This document shows positions 24,976 through 37,564 of a stretch of DNA of 64,000 bases, in pieces (position 1 is the stretch's first letter; every line of letters starts with the position of its first letter). Source of the DNA: the human T2T-CHM13v2.0 reference genome, Homo sapiens. Under the pieces are notes generated by a model that saw only the letters and a program-made list of their open reading frames with translations, searched no databases and was not told the origin of the DNA. The translations under genes and the position numbers were made by a program. Where the stretch lies: the NCBI RefSeq assembly GCF_009914755.1, contig NC_060926.1. One strand, 5' to 3'.

Positions 24976-26654
24976 ACACACATCAAAAATACAAACTGCA
25001 GAATACCTTTGCTCAGCCGGAAGCTCAGTAAACCTGCCAGGAGCATTCATTGCTTAGTTGATCTAACCTAGATCTTTCCTTACGTCGTGGCTCTGGTTCT
25101 GCTCTGACCCATAAACACGTTTTTGTCTACATGTACAGATTCTTACAGACACATGGATTTTAGATTTCTATTTTAATGTTTTCTTTTTATGACTGCAATT
25201 GTTGAGGTTTTATGTTTTCTTTATCAAATGTTCACTAAGATCCCTATTTACTACAGAAAACTTTAGACACCCATGCCAAAAAATTGCATGTCCGACTAGC
25301 ATATCCTAGCCAAATGAGCCCACATCAAACTCAGCTTTACTTTCCTTACTCCAAAGTACCTTCTGTGACTAGACAAAAGATGATGGAAACTTCATCCTAG
25401 AACATCAGACCCTGCCAGGCACATTTCCATCTGTCCTATTGAAGATTGCCAAAAGCATTTTCTGAAGATTTTTTTCTCATAAAATTCATCAATCAAAAAT
25501 TCTTTCAGGCAGAAGTTATTTAAGGACTAGGAAATGTAGTGATTCCTTCCCTGACTGACCTCTTGGACTGCAGGAGACACACCTAACCACAATGGAAGGA
25601 GGAAAACAACTGATGCACCGTCAGGATCTGTTTACTTCCTTTCAGCCACACACTCCCCACTGCCACCAGCACACATACAGACATTCAGCCTAAGTGATCA
25701 ACAATCATAGCCTTACAAAAAAAGAGGAAATCAGGTGTCTTGAACTCTAAAGGAAGTGGGAAACTTCACAGCTAGAGCCTGGAACCCAGAAGTTAGGAGA
25801 TAAATCAAATTGATGCCAAGGAGGAAAGGTTGAGGCCAACAGCTTGGGTTTGAATGGATCAATGGCTGGCCAACCAAGTCAAAAAGTAGCCTGACTATGT
25901 TGACATTGGAGCAAGGGAAAGTCTTGCTGATAAGCAGTGGCAGGGATAGAAAACATTCATATTAAATGTGTTTGTTCTCTTCTGCAGTGAAGACTAAATA
26001 GTTGAAGGGGAAAGCCTTCTTAGATTCCTCTCCTTGAACTAGCACTGTTAATTTGCTAACCTGTGCCAAATTACCAGTCACCTCTCATCAGTCCTCTCTT
26101 GTCAGTCCTACTTCTCAACTTTTCCCAAAGATTCTTAGGACCACTAAATCTTCCCACATCCAGTTCTCTTCCTTTTAGGCCCTTATTGCTTCAGGCTCTT
26201 CTTTTTTCATTTTTCTCCTAAATAGCCATGGCAGAATTATGCTGGGACATTGTAGTTTCTAGGTGCATTAGTATGTGAATTAGTCTTTATTTAAAGAAAC
26301 TATGGCATGCCGATCACCATGTTGGGTATATAAGAATGCTTTTAAAAAATGAAGTCATTTCTTCTACCAATAAAATTTTCTTTCTAATTAAAGAGTTCAT
26401 ACCACCACAAATACAATAGCACTGAAAAAATGCATTAACAAAATGAGGTATAGGCAAACAGAAGTCAAGATACTACCAAATAAGCAGAATCCAGAGGTCC
26501 TAAAGGAGCACTCTCCAACCACAACCCCAGGAAATGAGGTCAGAGCTAACTGGGGAAAGTGATCACTCCAGCTGCCTTCACTTCTTACTTCCTATTCACT
26601 CCTTCACCCTCTGGCATCTGGCTTCCTTTCGCCATATGTTTGCTATCTAGCAGC

Positions 26655-26813
26655 TGATGGTTCTCAAATTTAGCATGCATGAGAATCACCTAGAGGGCTT
26701 GTTCAAACAGATTTCTGAGGCCCACTCCTAGTGCATCCAATTCAGGAGGTCTGAGATGTGGCCCCAAAATTTGCATTTCTGAAAAGTTCCCAGGTGATGA
26801 TGATGATGTTGCT
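26655..26813. mobile_element. MER5A hAT element
   Basis: tggttctcaaatttagcatgcatgagaatcacctagagggcttgtt...aatttgcatttctgaaaagttcccaggtgatg. Confidence 0.88.
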
Positions 26814-27499
26814 CTCGTCCTAAATCTTTCCTCCTTGTGAAGCTGCTTAAAATATTGCTTTGGTCAAATCCCTTCAAACTCTAAAATCCACCCTGATTTT
26901 TGTGGCCTAAATAATGAATTCCCAAAGCTGACTCAGGTATTAGGGTCTCTGCAATCTGCCCTGACCTTCAGACAGAGGCCAGATGGACACCTGTTGAGTC
27001 AGTGGTAGAATAGACTCCCGCACTGAGCAAACTTCCCTTCCAACTCTCCAATTGTATCAGGTATATCCAAGTTTTAGTTTTATGATTTCTCTGATAAAAT
27101 CATGGCTTCAACCAATCCATCCTACTAATTTTTTGCGCCAAGATTCCATCTTAACTATCACATACGCACCTTTGTTAATGAGATTCACATTGATTTCTGT
27201 CTTCACAAATCCTAATCACCCATCGAAGTCAAACCCAGTGCCTTCTTTTCTACTGGTGTTCATAATTCCATGGCTCTCGGGTACTTTGTATTTAGTCTTC
27301 CCCTTCTTCTTCTTCCTCTTCTTCTTTTACTCCTCCTCCTTCTTCCTCCCTCCCTCTCTTCCTCTCTCCCTTGAATTATTCCTATCACTATAAAACATGA
27401 TTTAGAACCTCTTACCCTATAAAAAATGGTTAACAATCACAACTTAAACATATGAATCACATGCCTACCATCTACCAATCGGTCCATTCCTTTGTTTGC

Positions 27500-28956
27500 T
27501 TTTACAATTTCTCTACACATAGCTTCTTTACTTTTTCACTCGGCATTCATTCCTTCTTCAATCCTCTGCAATTTAGCATCTAGCTCCACTAATTTGCTCA
27601 TTTTAACTCACCAACAATCTTCTCTGTGCCAAAGTCAACAAAAATCTTCTCATCTCATTCACCTCTCAATAGTAGTCAACATATTTACCAATTTCTCTCT
27701 TCTTAACTCTCTTCCTTCTCTTGGCTTCCAGCACTCCACACTCTTTTGCTTTTGTTCTTACCTCATTGGTCACTCATTCTCAGTCCTCTTCCATAACCTC
27801 TCTTTTACTCAGCCTCCAAATTATGGAGTGCCCAGGAGCTCAGTGCTGGACTCTCCTCTTACTATCTACACCCATTCCCTACATGACCTCATCTATTCTC
27901 ATTGCTTTAAATATTGTCTGTCCACCAATGACTCCTTGTTTTACCTCCAGGCTTAACATCTACTTGGGGCCCAAGACTCTGTCTTGATATCTTAATTTTG
28001 AAATATAATATGAACACTAAACTTACATATACTGAACTACTAGTTGTCCTCCAATTCCCTCTCTTCATTCTACTCCAATCCTCCCTCTCTCAGTGAATGG
28101 CACTATCCATTAAACTTAGGCCAAAAATGTAGACATCATTTTAATATCCACCCACATTCAATCTGTCAGTAAATTCTCTACATTATATGAGCAAAACATA
28201 TCTCAAATACATCCAATTCTCTCCACCACCATTGCTGCCACCCTAAACCAAGCCACCGAAATCTCTTTCCTAGAATATTGCACTAGCTCCTAAGTGGCCT
28301 TCCTGCATCCAAGCTTGGCCTTCTTTCATAGCAAACAGTTATCTTTTAAAAACATAAATAACATCACATCACTCTCCTCCTTAAAATATTGCAATGACCT
28401 CCTATTTTACCTAATATAAAAATCAAGCTTCTTACTATAGCTATAACATCAGGCTGTTGCCTCTCTCATCTCAGTCAGTACCACAGCTGACTCCCTGCAA
28501 GCACCTTCCTCAGGCCACTTTGGTTTCATTTTGTTCCTCACACAAGCCAAGCTCCTTGATCTTAGGGCTTTTACTATTCCCTCTTTCAGGATCACTGTCT
28601 CCTAGATTTTAATCTGGTTGACTCTTCCTCATGCTTCAGCTTTTTAACTACAAATGTTATCTTCTCAGAGATGTCTTTTTTGACCACCCTGTCTAAAACA
28701 CCCTGAATAAAAAGGCACTCTCTATCTTACCACTTTGGTAAGAATTATCATAATCTAAAATCTTCCTAATTTTGTTTTCATTTGTTTACTTGTTTGTTAT
28801 CTGTCTCCAGCTTCACCTCCTAATGTTCCCTCAACTAGAACAGAAACTTTAAAAGAATAAGAAACGTATCTGTATTTTTCTGTGATTTATTCCTAGCATC
28901 TAAGACTAATGCTTAGCATTCTGCAAAAAACATTTGTCAAAAAAATTAAATGAATG
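27500..28956 (+). mobile_element. L2 LINE, ~1.45 kb, including a decayed ORF2 reverse-transcriptase segment and the 3' end
   Basis: ORF 27492-27956 contains GVPRSSVLDSPLTIYTHSLHDLIYSHCFKYCLSTND, a decayed GVPQGSVLGP...YADD RT region; typical L2 tail at 28830-28956. Confidence 0.9.
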
Positions 28957-28969
28957 GGAAACCCATCTA

Positions 28970-29341
28970 TGAGACTGCATGGGTTACAGAAACATACAAC
29001 TCCAAAATCTCAGTGGGATAAAGCCACATTGATGTGCATCTTATAAATGCTATAGGGCTCAGTTCATCGTGATTCTTCAGGGAAAGTGACTGACAGAAGC
29101 TTTCTCACAACATTTGTGTCCATGAAGATCACCACACCAGTCAGAAGACAAGATGTGGCTAAGTGGATGCAGCTGTTATGGTTCCCAGCAAGAAGTGATG
29201 CATATCAAGTTTGCTTGCTTCAACCAAAACAAATTATTTGGCCAGGCCTAACTTGAAAGAGGGTTGGAAAGTATTATCCTACATGAACCCAGAAGAAGGA
29301 AGAATGGAAGTACTTGGTTAGCAGCATTTAGGACTTTCACA
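28970..29341 (-). mobile_element. MLT1I-like MaLR LTR
   Basis: caactccaaaatctcagtgg...tggccaggcctaacttgaaag...tcctacatgaacccagaagaagg...ctttcaca. Confidence 0.65.
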
Positions 29342-29430
29342 TTTACTTTCAACTGGAAGATTTCTTCCATTAGCGGAAAAAAAAAAACAATGGAAATATT
29401 TGGTCATATGCACTTTTGGCTTCTACATGC

Positions 29431-29939
29431 TGTATAGTAGATGCACCTGACAGCAATAACTTAACTTAAGCACACCCTGAGAATGACCCTGTATGGCAGA
29501 AACACCTGACAGCTATAACTTAAGCATACCCTGAGAATGACCCTATGGTCTAAGAAGAACATGTGTTTGGAGTTCCAAGCTAAGGAATCTGAGAGTGGCC
29601 AACCCAGAGACTCGCTTCTTATCCATGAGGAACATCAGAACTCCCAGGCCATCCCATGGAATGCAGGCCATACAGGGGATGAAGGCCCTTTGTTTTTGGT
29701 TAAATGAAGGTTGCCAGGTGGAGGTTGCTAGGGGGAGGGTGCTAAGTAAATATTCTATATAAATTGCATGCTTTTTACAAGTGATTGCAGTTCTTCTCTC
29801 CAGCCTGCTGCCACTACACCGCCCTGTATGTAAATTCCCTCAATTAACCCCATGTCTTGTTCGCTGACTCCAGGTTTCTTCTTCAGCCTCTTGAACATGG
29901 TGCCATCCCTATTGAAGTAAATAGGGATTCAGCCTGACA
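29431..29939 (+). mobile_element. ERV solo LTR (LTR47-like)
   Basis: TG...CA ends, flanks catgc/cattc (4/5 TSD), internal ~50-bp duplicated unit, TATATAAA at 29756; subfamily name from memory. Confidence 0.75.
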
Positions 29940-29999
29940 CATTCACCTTGTACTTCACATTTTCTTCTACTGAGTCAGTCTAATGTAACCTCTCTGAAT

Positions 30000-30490
30000 A
30001 CCTCTAGCACTTGTTTCTATAATCCTCACTTCATGTAATTGTTCAGTCATCTGTCTCCCTGTCTACATTCAAATAAGGAAGGCAGAGACCAGATCTATTT
30101 TTTCCATTGTATTCTGAAAACCTAGCACAGTACCTTTCAGTTTTATTTTTATTTTGAGACAGAGTCTCGCTCTGTTGCCCAGGCTGGAGTGCAGTGGTAC
30201 AATCTCGGCTCACTGCAACCTCACCTCCCAGGCTCAGCTATTCTTTTGCCTCAGCCTCCTGAGTAGCTGGGACTACAGGCATGTGCCACCACACCCAGCT
30301 AATTTTTTTGTGTGTGTTTTTAGTAGAGATGGGGTTTCATAATTTTGACCAGGCTGATCTTCAACTCCTGACCTCAGGTGATCCACCTGCCTCTGACTCC
30401 CAAAGTGCTGGGATTATAGGTGTGAGCCACCGCACCCAGCCTCAGTACCTTTCACATAGCAGATTCTGAACAAACATTTGTGGTAGGAAT
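30000..30490 (+). mobile_element. L2 3' end split by an Alu
   Basis: catctgtctccctg...aaggcagagacc...cctagcacagtacc[Alu]cacatagcag...aaacatttgtgg. Confidence 0.7.
30141..30441 (-). mobile_element. AluS-type SINE
   Basis: Reverse Alu with perfect TSD cagtacctttca at 30128-30139 and 30443-30454. Confidence 0.96.
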
Positions 30491-31364
30491 GTCTTGTAGC
30501 TTTTCGTGTGTGTGTGTGTGTGTGTTTATCTGCACAATTAGACTGGATATTCCTCTAACACACTACATAAAGACAAGAATTTATATTCCACATATCTTCC
30601 AGCTGACTCATCCGGGAGATATTCACATATTGGCAGGAATATGGGAAGGAATTGTTGAACTAAACCGATTAGTTGTATTGGGGCTACTCGTCTAGGTGTG
30701 AAATGCAAAACACCCCTATTAAAAAGGTGCTCTCAAAGCCCCCAGCACCAACATCTTATGAACACAAACAGAAGACGCACATTGCCGTCCCTGGCCTCCT
30801 GCAATAGATCACTGTCAGTTTTCTTTAGTAGGGAAAAACCAACAGATGATTGTGTGGATTTTCTTGGTTCTTTTGCTGGTCAGTCTGTGTCTGGAAGTGA
30901 AACTCCCCTTTCCACAGGATTTCATCATAGCAGTAACCACAAGGCTTGAATTTTGGTCATTGACAGTGCTGCAGCTCAGCTGTGTATCCTAATGTGGAAA
31001 AAAAAAAAAAAAACAAACCTGTGTTCCACTCCCTTATGCTCCCTTTTCTTATAGCGCCAAATCCTAAAATGATGTTAAGATTAAAATTGGTTCCTTCTTG
31101 AGCAGAGTCATCCTGTGTGATGACAGATCTTTCTCTAAGACCTTTACTGCATGAGAGAATACTACAATGTCATTGAGATTTTTACATTCAGGAAATATCC
31201 TTTGGCTACCAGGTGGTTTCTTTTTCTACTGACAAGTTCAAAGTACAGATATTCGGACATCTTCCCTGCTGCAATGCTGTCGAGCTCACTTTAGACAAAA
31301 TGCAGTTTCAGTTGACTGAGTACTTCCTTAATCTTCCAAATCACACAAGTAATATAAGAAATCA

Positions 31365-31545
31365 GTGTGGCATACTAGAAAGAGAGAGGCCTTCTTGAAT
31401 TCCACAGCCTATTATGGGCAAGTTACTTAACCTGAATTTCAGCTTCCTCGTCAAAAAAATGAGGATAATAATACCTGCCTCACAGCATAGGAAGTGTTCA
31501 TCTGTGTTCCTGGCACACAAGGGATATTCAATAAATGTTTGTTGT
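31365..31545 (+). mobile_element. MIR SINE
   Basis: tgggcaagttacttaacctgaatttcagcttcctcgtc...gataataatacctgcctcacag...tcaataaatgtt. Confidence 0.85.
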
Positions 31546-31799
31546 TTTCTAACAGCTGCTTTAACTGTTAAACAAGGTACCAATTTAAAGTCCCTTCAAA
31601 TAAAATCACCTCACAATCACAGAGTTGTTTGAGCTAATGAACACAAGCTCCCACAGCAGGGATGGGCAACATTCATTCTGTGCATGAATGTTGGCCAACA
31701 GCATCTATGCTGGGACGTGCAACTGTGCTATACTCTGATTTTTTCAACTTCCCCATGTTTTCATCTCAGATATATAGCTTTTCTAAAATGTATCATGGT

Positions 31800-32388
31800 T
31801 TTACATTGTGATTGGGAGTGTATATAGGTATAACTTGTTTCTATAAAGAACAATTTAGCAATATCTATCAAAATATTTAATGCACAATTCTTTGAACCAG
31901 CAATTCTACTTCTAGGAATTTAGTCTATAGATATGCTACCACATACACAATATGAAATATGTAGGAAAACACACATTCTATTATTGTTCATAAATAGCAA
32001 AAGATGGAGAACAATCTAATTAATGCCCATTAATAGAGGAGTAGTCAAACAAATGATGGTATGCACATATAGAGGAATACTGTGAATGAAGCAACTATAA
32101 ATACTGCCAGAAAACAGTCTCCAAGGTGTCATTCAGCAAAAAGAACAAGATGCAGAGCAAAGTCTATGATATGCTGTCATTTGAAGTAAAAAATGATGTG
32201 CACATATATGGTGTAAACATACAACATCCCTAGAAGGACACAGAGGAGACTGATAATGTTGGTTGTGTCTGGGATGGAGAAACAGGTAGCTTTGGCAAAG
32301 GGTATAAGAATAGTTATTTTTCACAGAATAACACCTTATAACACTTTGAATTTTGTACTACGCACATGTTGTTTATTTTCAAAAATTA
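31800..32388 (+). mobile_element. L1ME4-like 3' fragment
   Basis: caatttagcaatatctatcaaaat...ccagcaattctacttctaggaattta...ctttgaattttgtac. Confidence 0.8.
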
Positions 32389-32617
32389 TGTTACCTAAAG
32401 TTCTCTTTAATCCTATGATAAAGCAATGATTAATCCGGAAAGCGGAAGATAGAGAAAACTCTATAATGCTTTATTTTTTAAAGCAAGATATTCATGATAC
32501 TTGCAATTATTTTAAAATAACAGAAAAAAAGAAAAATGATGGGAGGAGTAAAAAGAAAGCAACTACAAAGGAAAAGATAGTTGGTTAAATCATTGTCACT
32601 TCCACACCACACTGACT

Positions 32618-32770
32618 GTCCATCAATCAACAAACATTTATTGAGTAGTATTGAGTCCTTGATGTTCTGTTGGACACAGTGAGAGGGAAAAATGCAGAAT
32701 AGATAGAGGGTCCCTGGGTCTCCCCTCAAGGGGTTCGTAGTCTGATTGGATGAATGAGACTGACAGGTGA
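32618..32770 (-). mobile_element. L2 3' end
   Basis: tcaatcaacaaacatttattgag...ccctcaaggggttcgtagtct. Confidence 0.7.
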
Positions 32771-32874
32771 AATAGTGAACAGTGTCCAACAGCAAAGAAG
32801 TATCATGAAACAGGAAGGCTGATCTGCTGGAAGAGGCTTGATAAGGAGAAATTTGCTGAGTCTCTGCAACTGAG

Positions 32875-33030
32875 ATAATGATGACTGTGGGGACAAGTTA
32901 TGGCTCCTCTTCTCTCCATTTCCTTGTCTCTAAAATGGAATCTCCTCTCACAGGGATGCTGTCAGGATGAATGAGGCAAAGTTTGTGCTTATGTAACGTC
33001 TTTCTTCTGGGAACTCAGAGTGCTTTGTAA
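32875..33030. mobile_element. MIR fragment (+) abutting an ancient SINE/L2-type tail (-)
   Basis: MIR core to ~32980, then tttgtgcttatgtaacgtctttcttctgggaactcagagtgctttg, which matches the reverse complement of 5804-5849. Confidence 0.55.
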
Positions 33031-34854
33031 AGTATTCTTATTAATATTCATAGGATGGTTTATATATTTTCCTACCTTCACTTTGGAAGTGGCACATCTA
33101 TACCTAAACACTCCAGTTCTTCTCTCACTCTTTCTCAACATCACTCTCTTTTTTTGCACCAAAATAGTGCAGGTTCAAGCTTTAAAGTCTTGATGGTTTT
33201 ATATATAGCTCAGGGCTAATGACATCACACAGCTTGCCTGCCAGAGAACCCACCTGTACATTCTAAAATTTCTACAGTATCCATTGTATCCATATGCATG
33301 ATAAACCTGAGCACATGGTAAGAGATCAAACAAATATGTAACCAGGGGAAAAACCGTAACCGAGACTGTTCTCCAAGAAGGGTGACTCCCAATATTACTA
33401 AGGGGCTTGCAAGTCTAGAACAGAGGCTGAGCCCCATCTCCCTCTGCTGCCCTATTCTGCATAACAGGGATAATTTGGGGTTGGGGTGGAAGACAGGGAA
33501 TATGGGAAGAGAGAGGAGGTGCTAGCAGAGAAAATGGGAAGGAGAATGGAGCCAGGAGAGAGCAGGAGGTCATGCAGAGTAGGAGAAAACTCTTTCCCAG
33601 ATTCCTCCTCCCCAGGTACGGCAAAGTCCTGCTACAGCTTACAAAACACCAGGAGTGCATGGATTTCATAGGAAACTGGGCTGAGTTTGCACCCAGAGAG
33701 ATGGGAGTGGTAAAGCAGACAAGCTGTGTAGTCTGGGAAATTACAGAAATCATGGGAGGTTTCTGGACTTTCCATGTCTTGGGACTGACTAGGATCCAAG
33801 TTAATCAGACCAAATCTCTGACAGAGAAAGGGATTTGGCTGACAAGTGGATATACAGTAGATATAGGATGTCTATTTATGCCTGTTATTTAAGCATGTAT
33901 GCAAAAATTAAAGTTTTTAAAAAGTAAACTTTTTGCTTTGGAAAAATGGCCCCGTTCAGCTCTTTTCTTGGACCAAGTGGAGAACGTGAGGCAGAGAAGT
34001 GAACAGACATCCTCCCAATACCACAACCAAGATTGGAACCCAGTCTCCTACCTTCCAGGCAGGTGCTGGCTCTGTGTAACTAACTCAAGCAGCCTCACAA
34101 TGCAACTTTCTTATGTCTGCTCTGTTTGGATGTGGAGAACAGTGCTGGCTGAAGCCTTCCACTGGAGAGGTAGTAGGAGGGCTGCCTACTCATATCACAC
34201 TACCTGTTTGGCCCTAGGCCAGTATCACAAAACAAAACTTCTTGCAGCAACTGAGAAGAAACAATTTGCATAACTTAAAACTATGTTGGAGTGTTGTGCT
34301 TCACGTCTGAGCAGCATAAGTCTTGAGCTTTAAATAGCCCGACCCTAACATATATTTAAGAGAAATGTTCTAAAGGCTGTGTTACATAAAGTAGAGCACT
34401 TAGTGACACCAAAGCAAAGTGCAAGGTCCCCTTTCTTGCAAATTGACAGAAGGCAGTATCAGTGAGGCAGCTGGGAGGAAAACCTTCCTGTGATATGAAA
34501 TGCAATAGAGGTCAACCCTCCTTATAATTTGAAGAGTCCTACAGTATTCTATCAGCTCCAAATATCTCCTACCCTGGTCTGTGCTGGTCTTACCAGCCCT
34601 CTGACAGAGCCACCATAAGGTCACTCCTTTGGATTAGACAACAAAAGAAGAGTCATAATTCCTGGAAGGACACTTAGGAATGCCTAAATGTGCCACAGGT
34701 ACAAAGGAAGAGCCTTAGTTGGTGGAGGGAAGTGGTAGACAACACTTTTCTCCTTTCAACCTTCTCCCCCTTAACATACAGGCCCAGCTGAGTTTCCATT
34801 ACTCTCTTTGATTTCCTATTAGTTGCTTCACAGTTTAGAAAGCATGGAAGACCA

Positions 34855-34998
34855 AGTTGTGCACCAGAATTATCTATGGAACTTTTATAAAATATGCATT
34901 CCTAAAGTCCACTCCAAACTTATCCAGTCAGAATTTAGAAAGGGGTGGAGGTTTGAACAGGTATTTTTGAAAATGCTCCCAAAGGCATCCTGATACAA
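34855..34998. mobile_element. MER5-family fragment
   Basis: gcaccagaattatctatggaactttt...tcagaattt...ggtatttttgaaaatgctccc. Confidence 0.55.
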
Positions 34999-35299
34999 AC
35001 CCCTGTCTACCAACTACTGGAGGAAGGGTGGGATGTAGGTCAAGGTCAGGGTTGGGAACGCGGTATCCTGAAGACCTGGTGACTGGAGAAATAAGGCAGC
35101 TGGGAAGAATAGGGCCCAACCACTGCTCCCCAGGGCAAGTCCCTGATATGAATGAGCACAGTGCTGAAAGACAACCCCTGTAAAAAGAGGCTGAGAATTC
35201 CAGACCATGCTAAGAATCAGTGCCCCAGCGTGGACTGCCTGAAACAAATAAGAAATTTAATCAGTGCATACTGCCTTATGTGTCTGCATTTGTTTCTGT

Positions 35300-36260
35300 A
35301 TTCAATTTAATATTTATTAGATACTGAATACTAGGCACAAAGTCAGCTGCTGGGGATAGAATATTGAGCAAAACCAGACACAATTCCTGCCCTCATGGAG
35401 CTTCCATTCTAATAGGGAAGGCAAAGGATTAAATAACTAATTACAACTAAATGCAATGAGTAGTTTGTTAGGGGAAGTAGAGCATGTATAGGAACACGTA
35501 ATGAGCAAACTAAACTTGTCTAAGGGTAATCAAGGAGGGCTTCTGGAGCAAGTCTTCCTTAAGTGGAGACCAGAGGGATAATTGAATATTGACCCCATCT
35601 ACAGAATAGAGGATGAATCCAGAAGCCTCAGTGGTTCTCAGCCTACTCTGGACATTAGAATCACCTGGGAAAATTTCTAAACTCCCAGCTGCATCCCACA
35701 CAAGTTAAATAATAATCTCTAGGGTGGGACCCAAACATCAATAATTTTTAAAGTTCTCCAGGTGACTCTAATGTGCAGCCAAGGAAGAGAACTACTGGTT
35801 TAGAAAGAGGAATTTCCATAAAAGGGACTAAGAGAAATTCAGAGCACTGAATGCAGGTGAGAGAATGACAAGGGATGAAGTGGAGAGACCAGATCATGTA
35901 AGCCATACTAAAGCATTCATATTTTATCTTAAAGTTGTCAGACTCTTTTCAGCAGGGGAATATGAAGTGACTCATACTTAGTATGGTCACTCTGGCTATG
36001 GTCATGAGAAAGGAATAAAGGAGGAGAGATGAAGGTAGTGACGTCATTAGGAGGCTGTTGCAAGAATCTAGGCAAGAGATGGTGGCAGCTTGGACTAGGG
36101 TGCTGACGGAGAGTTGGAAAGATGTGGAGAAATGTGCATCCACCTGCAAAAGGAAGAATCAATAGGATATGGTGATTGGTTGGATATGAGGGGTGAGGGA
36201 GAATGAAGAGTCAAGAGTGACGTCCAGGTTTTCACTTGAACAGCTGGGTGAACTTGGAAC
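35300..36260 (-). mobile_element. L2 LINE fragment interrupted by MER5B
   Basis: ttcctgccctcatggagcttccattcta...aggaggctgttgcaagaatctaggcaagagatggtggcagcttggactagg. Confidence 0.85.
35629..35797. mobile_element. MER5B hAT element
   Basis: Terminal inverted repeats cagtggttctc ... gagaactactg. Confidence 0.88.
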
Positions 36261-37108
36261 TCTACCAAGATAGGGATTCATAGTCCTGCAAAGACCACTC
36301 TCCTGCAAAGAGACCACCTGTGCTCTTCCAAGCACATGGGTATTCCAACTGGATTTCACCAGGCCCTAAGGAAGTCTCACCTACTTCCAAGGTAACCCCA
36401 AATTGAAAAGATCTGAGGGTGAAGAAATTATGAAAAAGGGCTGGAAAGTCAAATAAACGGAGAATAAATGTGTTTGCACTGAAGGGAAACTGATCCTAAA
36501 ACTTTGTCTTTAGAAACACAAAATGTGCTCTTTTGTTTCTGATCATAAAGCTGTGGTTCTATTTAGTAGCAAGCTGAAGGACTTTTGGACCACACCCAGG
36601 CATTAGTGGCAATAGGATGCTTTTGCCTAGAAATGCCACTCTGGGAGACGCAGCCAGCTTGGTTACCCACAAATCATGTCTTCTAACGCAGAGGCCTCCG
36701 TCAGTTAGCCAGCAAGCCCTCTCATCTCCAGAATAACCTTCTATTTAGATGCTCTACAGCCCCTCCCCTGCCTCCAACAAGGAGCATGGTCTTTCCAAGT
36801 GTAGAGAGCAAGACCACACCCATCAGCTCCATCATTCTTCCACATGAGGGGTAGCGTAGGGTTAGTTACTGACACGGGTGCAGGGGCACTGTACAATTGG
36901 GAAACACTGTGGGCCCTGGGCCATATTTTAGCCACAGAAAACCTAGAAGTACCAGGCCCTCCTTTGCAAAACTCTTTTTGTAGGAGGTTCCCCTATATTC
37001 AAGTTCAACAGCGGCTTGAATGGTTAACCTCAGTAAACAGCTGTGTTTGGTATCATAAAGCACCTAAAGCTACAGTTATTAACTACTAGAATGAAATTGT
37101 TAAGCAAT

Positions 37109-37564
37109 TGTGTTCATTTCCTAGGGTTGCCATAATAAATTACCACAAACTTGGAAGCTAAAAATAACAAATGTATTTCCTCACAGAAATACATTCTGTG
37201 AGGCCAAAAGTCCGAAATCAAGGTGCCAGCAGGGTTAGTTCCTTCTGGAGACTCTAAGAGAGAATCTGACCATGACGCTCCCAGAGTCTGATGGTTGCAG
37301 GCAATCCTTGGGCTTCCTTGGTTTGAAGATGGATTATTCCAATCTCTGACTCTGTCTTCACATGGCATACTTCTCTGTGTATCTGTGTCCCCTCCTCTTC
37401 TAGAAGGATATCAATTATTGGACTTGGGGCCAACTCTAATCCAGTAAGATCTTAGCTCAATTCTTAACTAATTACATCAGAAAAGACTCAATTTCCAAAT
37501 AAATGCTCAGTTTGAGGTTCCAGATGCACATAAATTTTGAGGGGACACTATTCAACCTGCTAGG
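37109..37564 (-). mobile_element. MLT1B/C MaLR solo LTR
   Basis: tttcctagggttgccataataaattaccacaaactt...ggggacactattcaacc; perfect 5-bp TSD gcaat at 37104-37108 and 37565-37569. Confidence 0.92.

Noticed and set aside
29444-29548. Direct repeats that could suggest a CRISPR-like array
   Set aside because: Only two units, no spacers, inside an ERV LTR in a primate genome
33415-34273. Cluster of 100-124 aa ORFs
   Set aside because: No recognisable domain or splice structure; they overlap on both strands and partly overlap a MIR fragment
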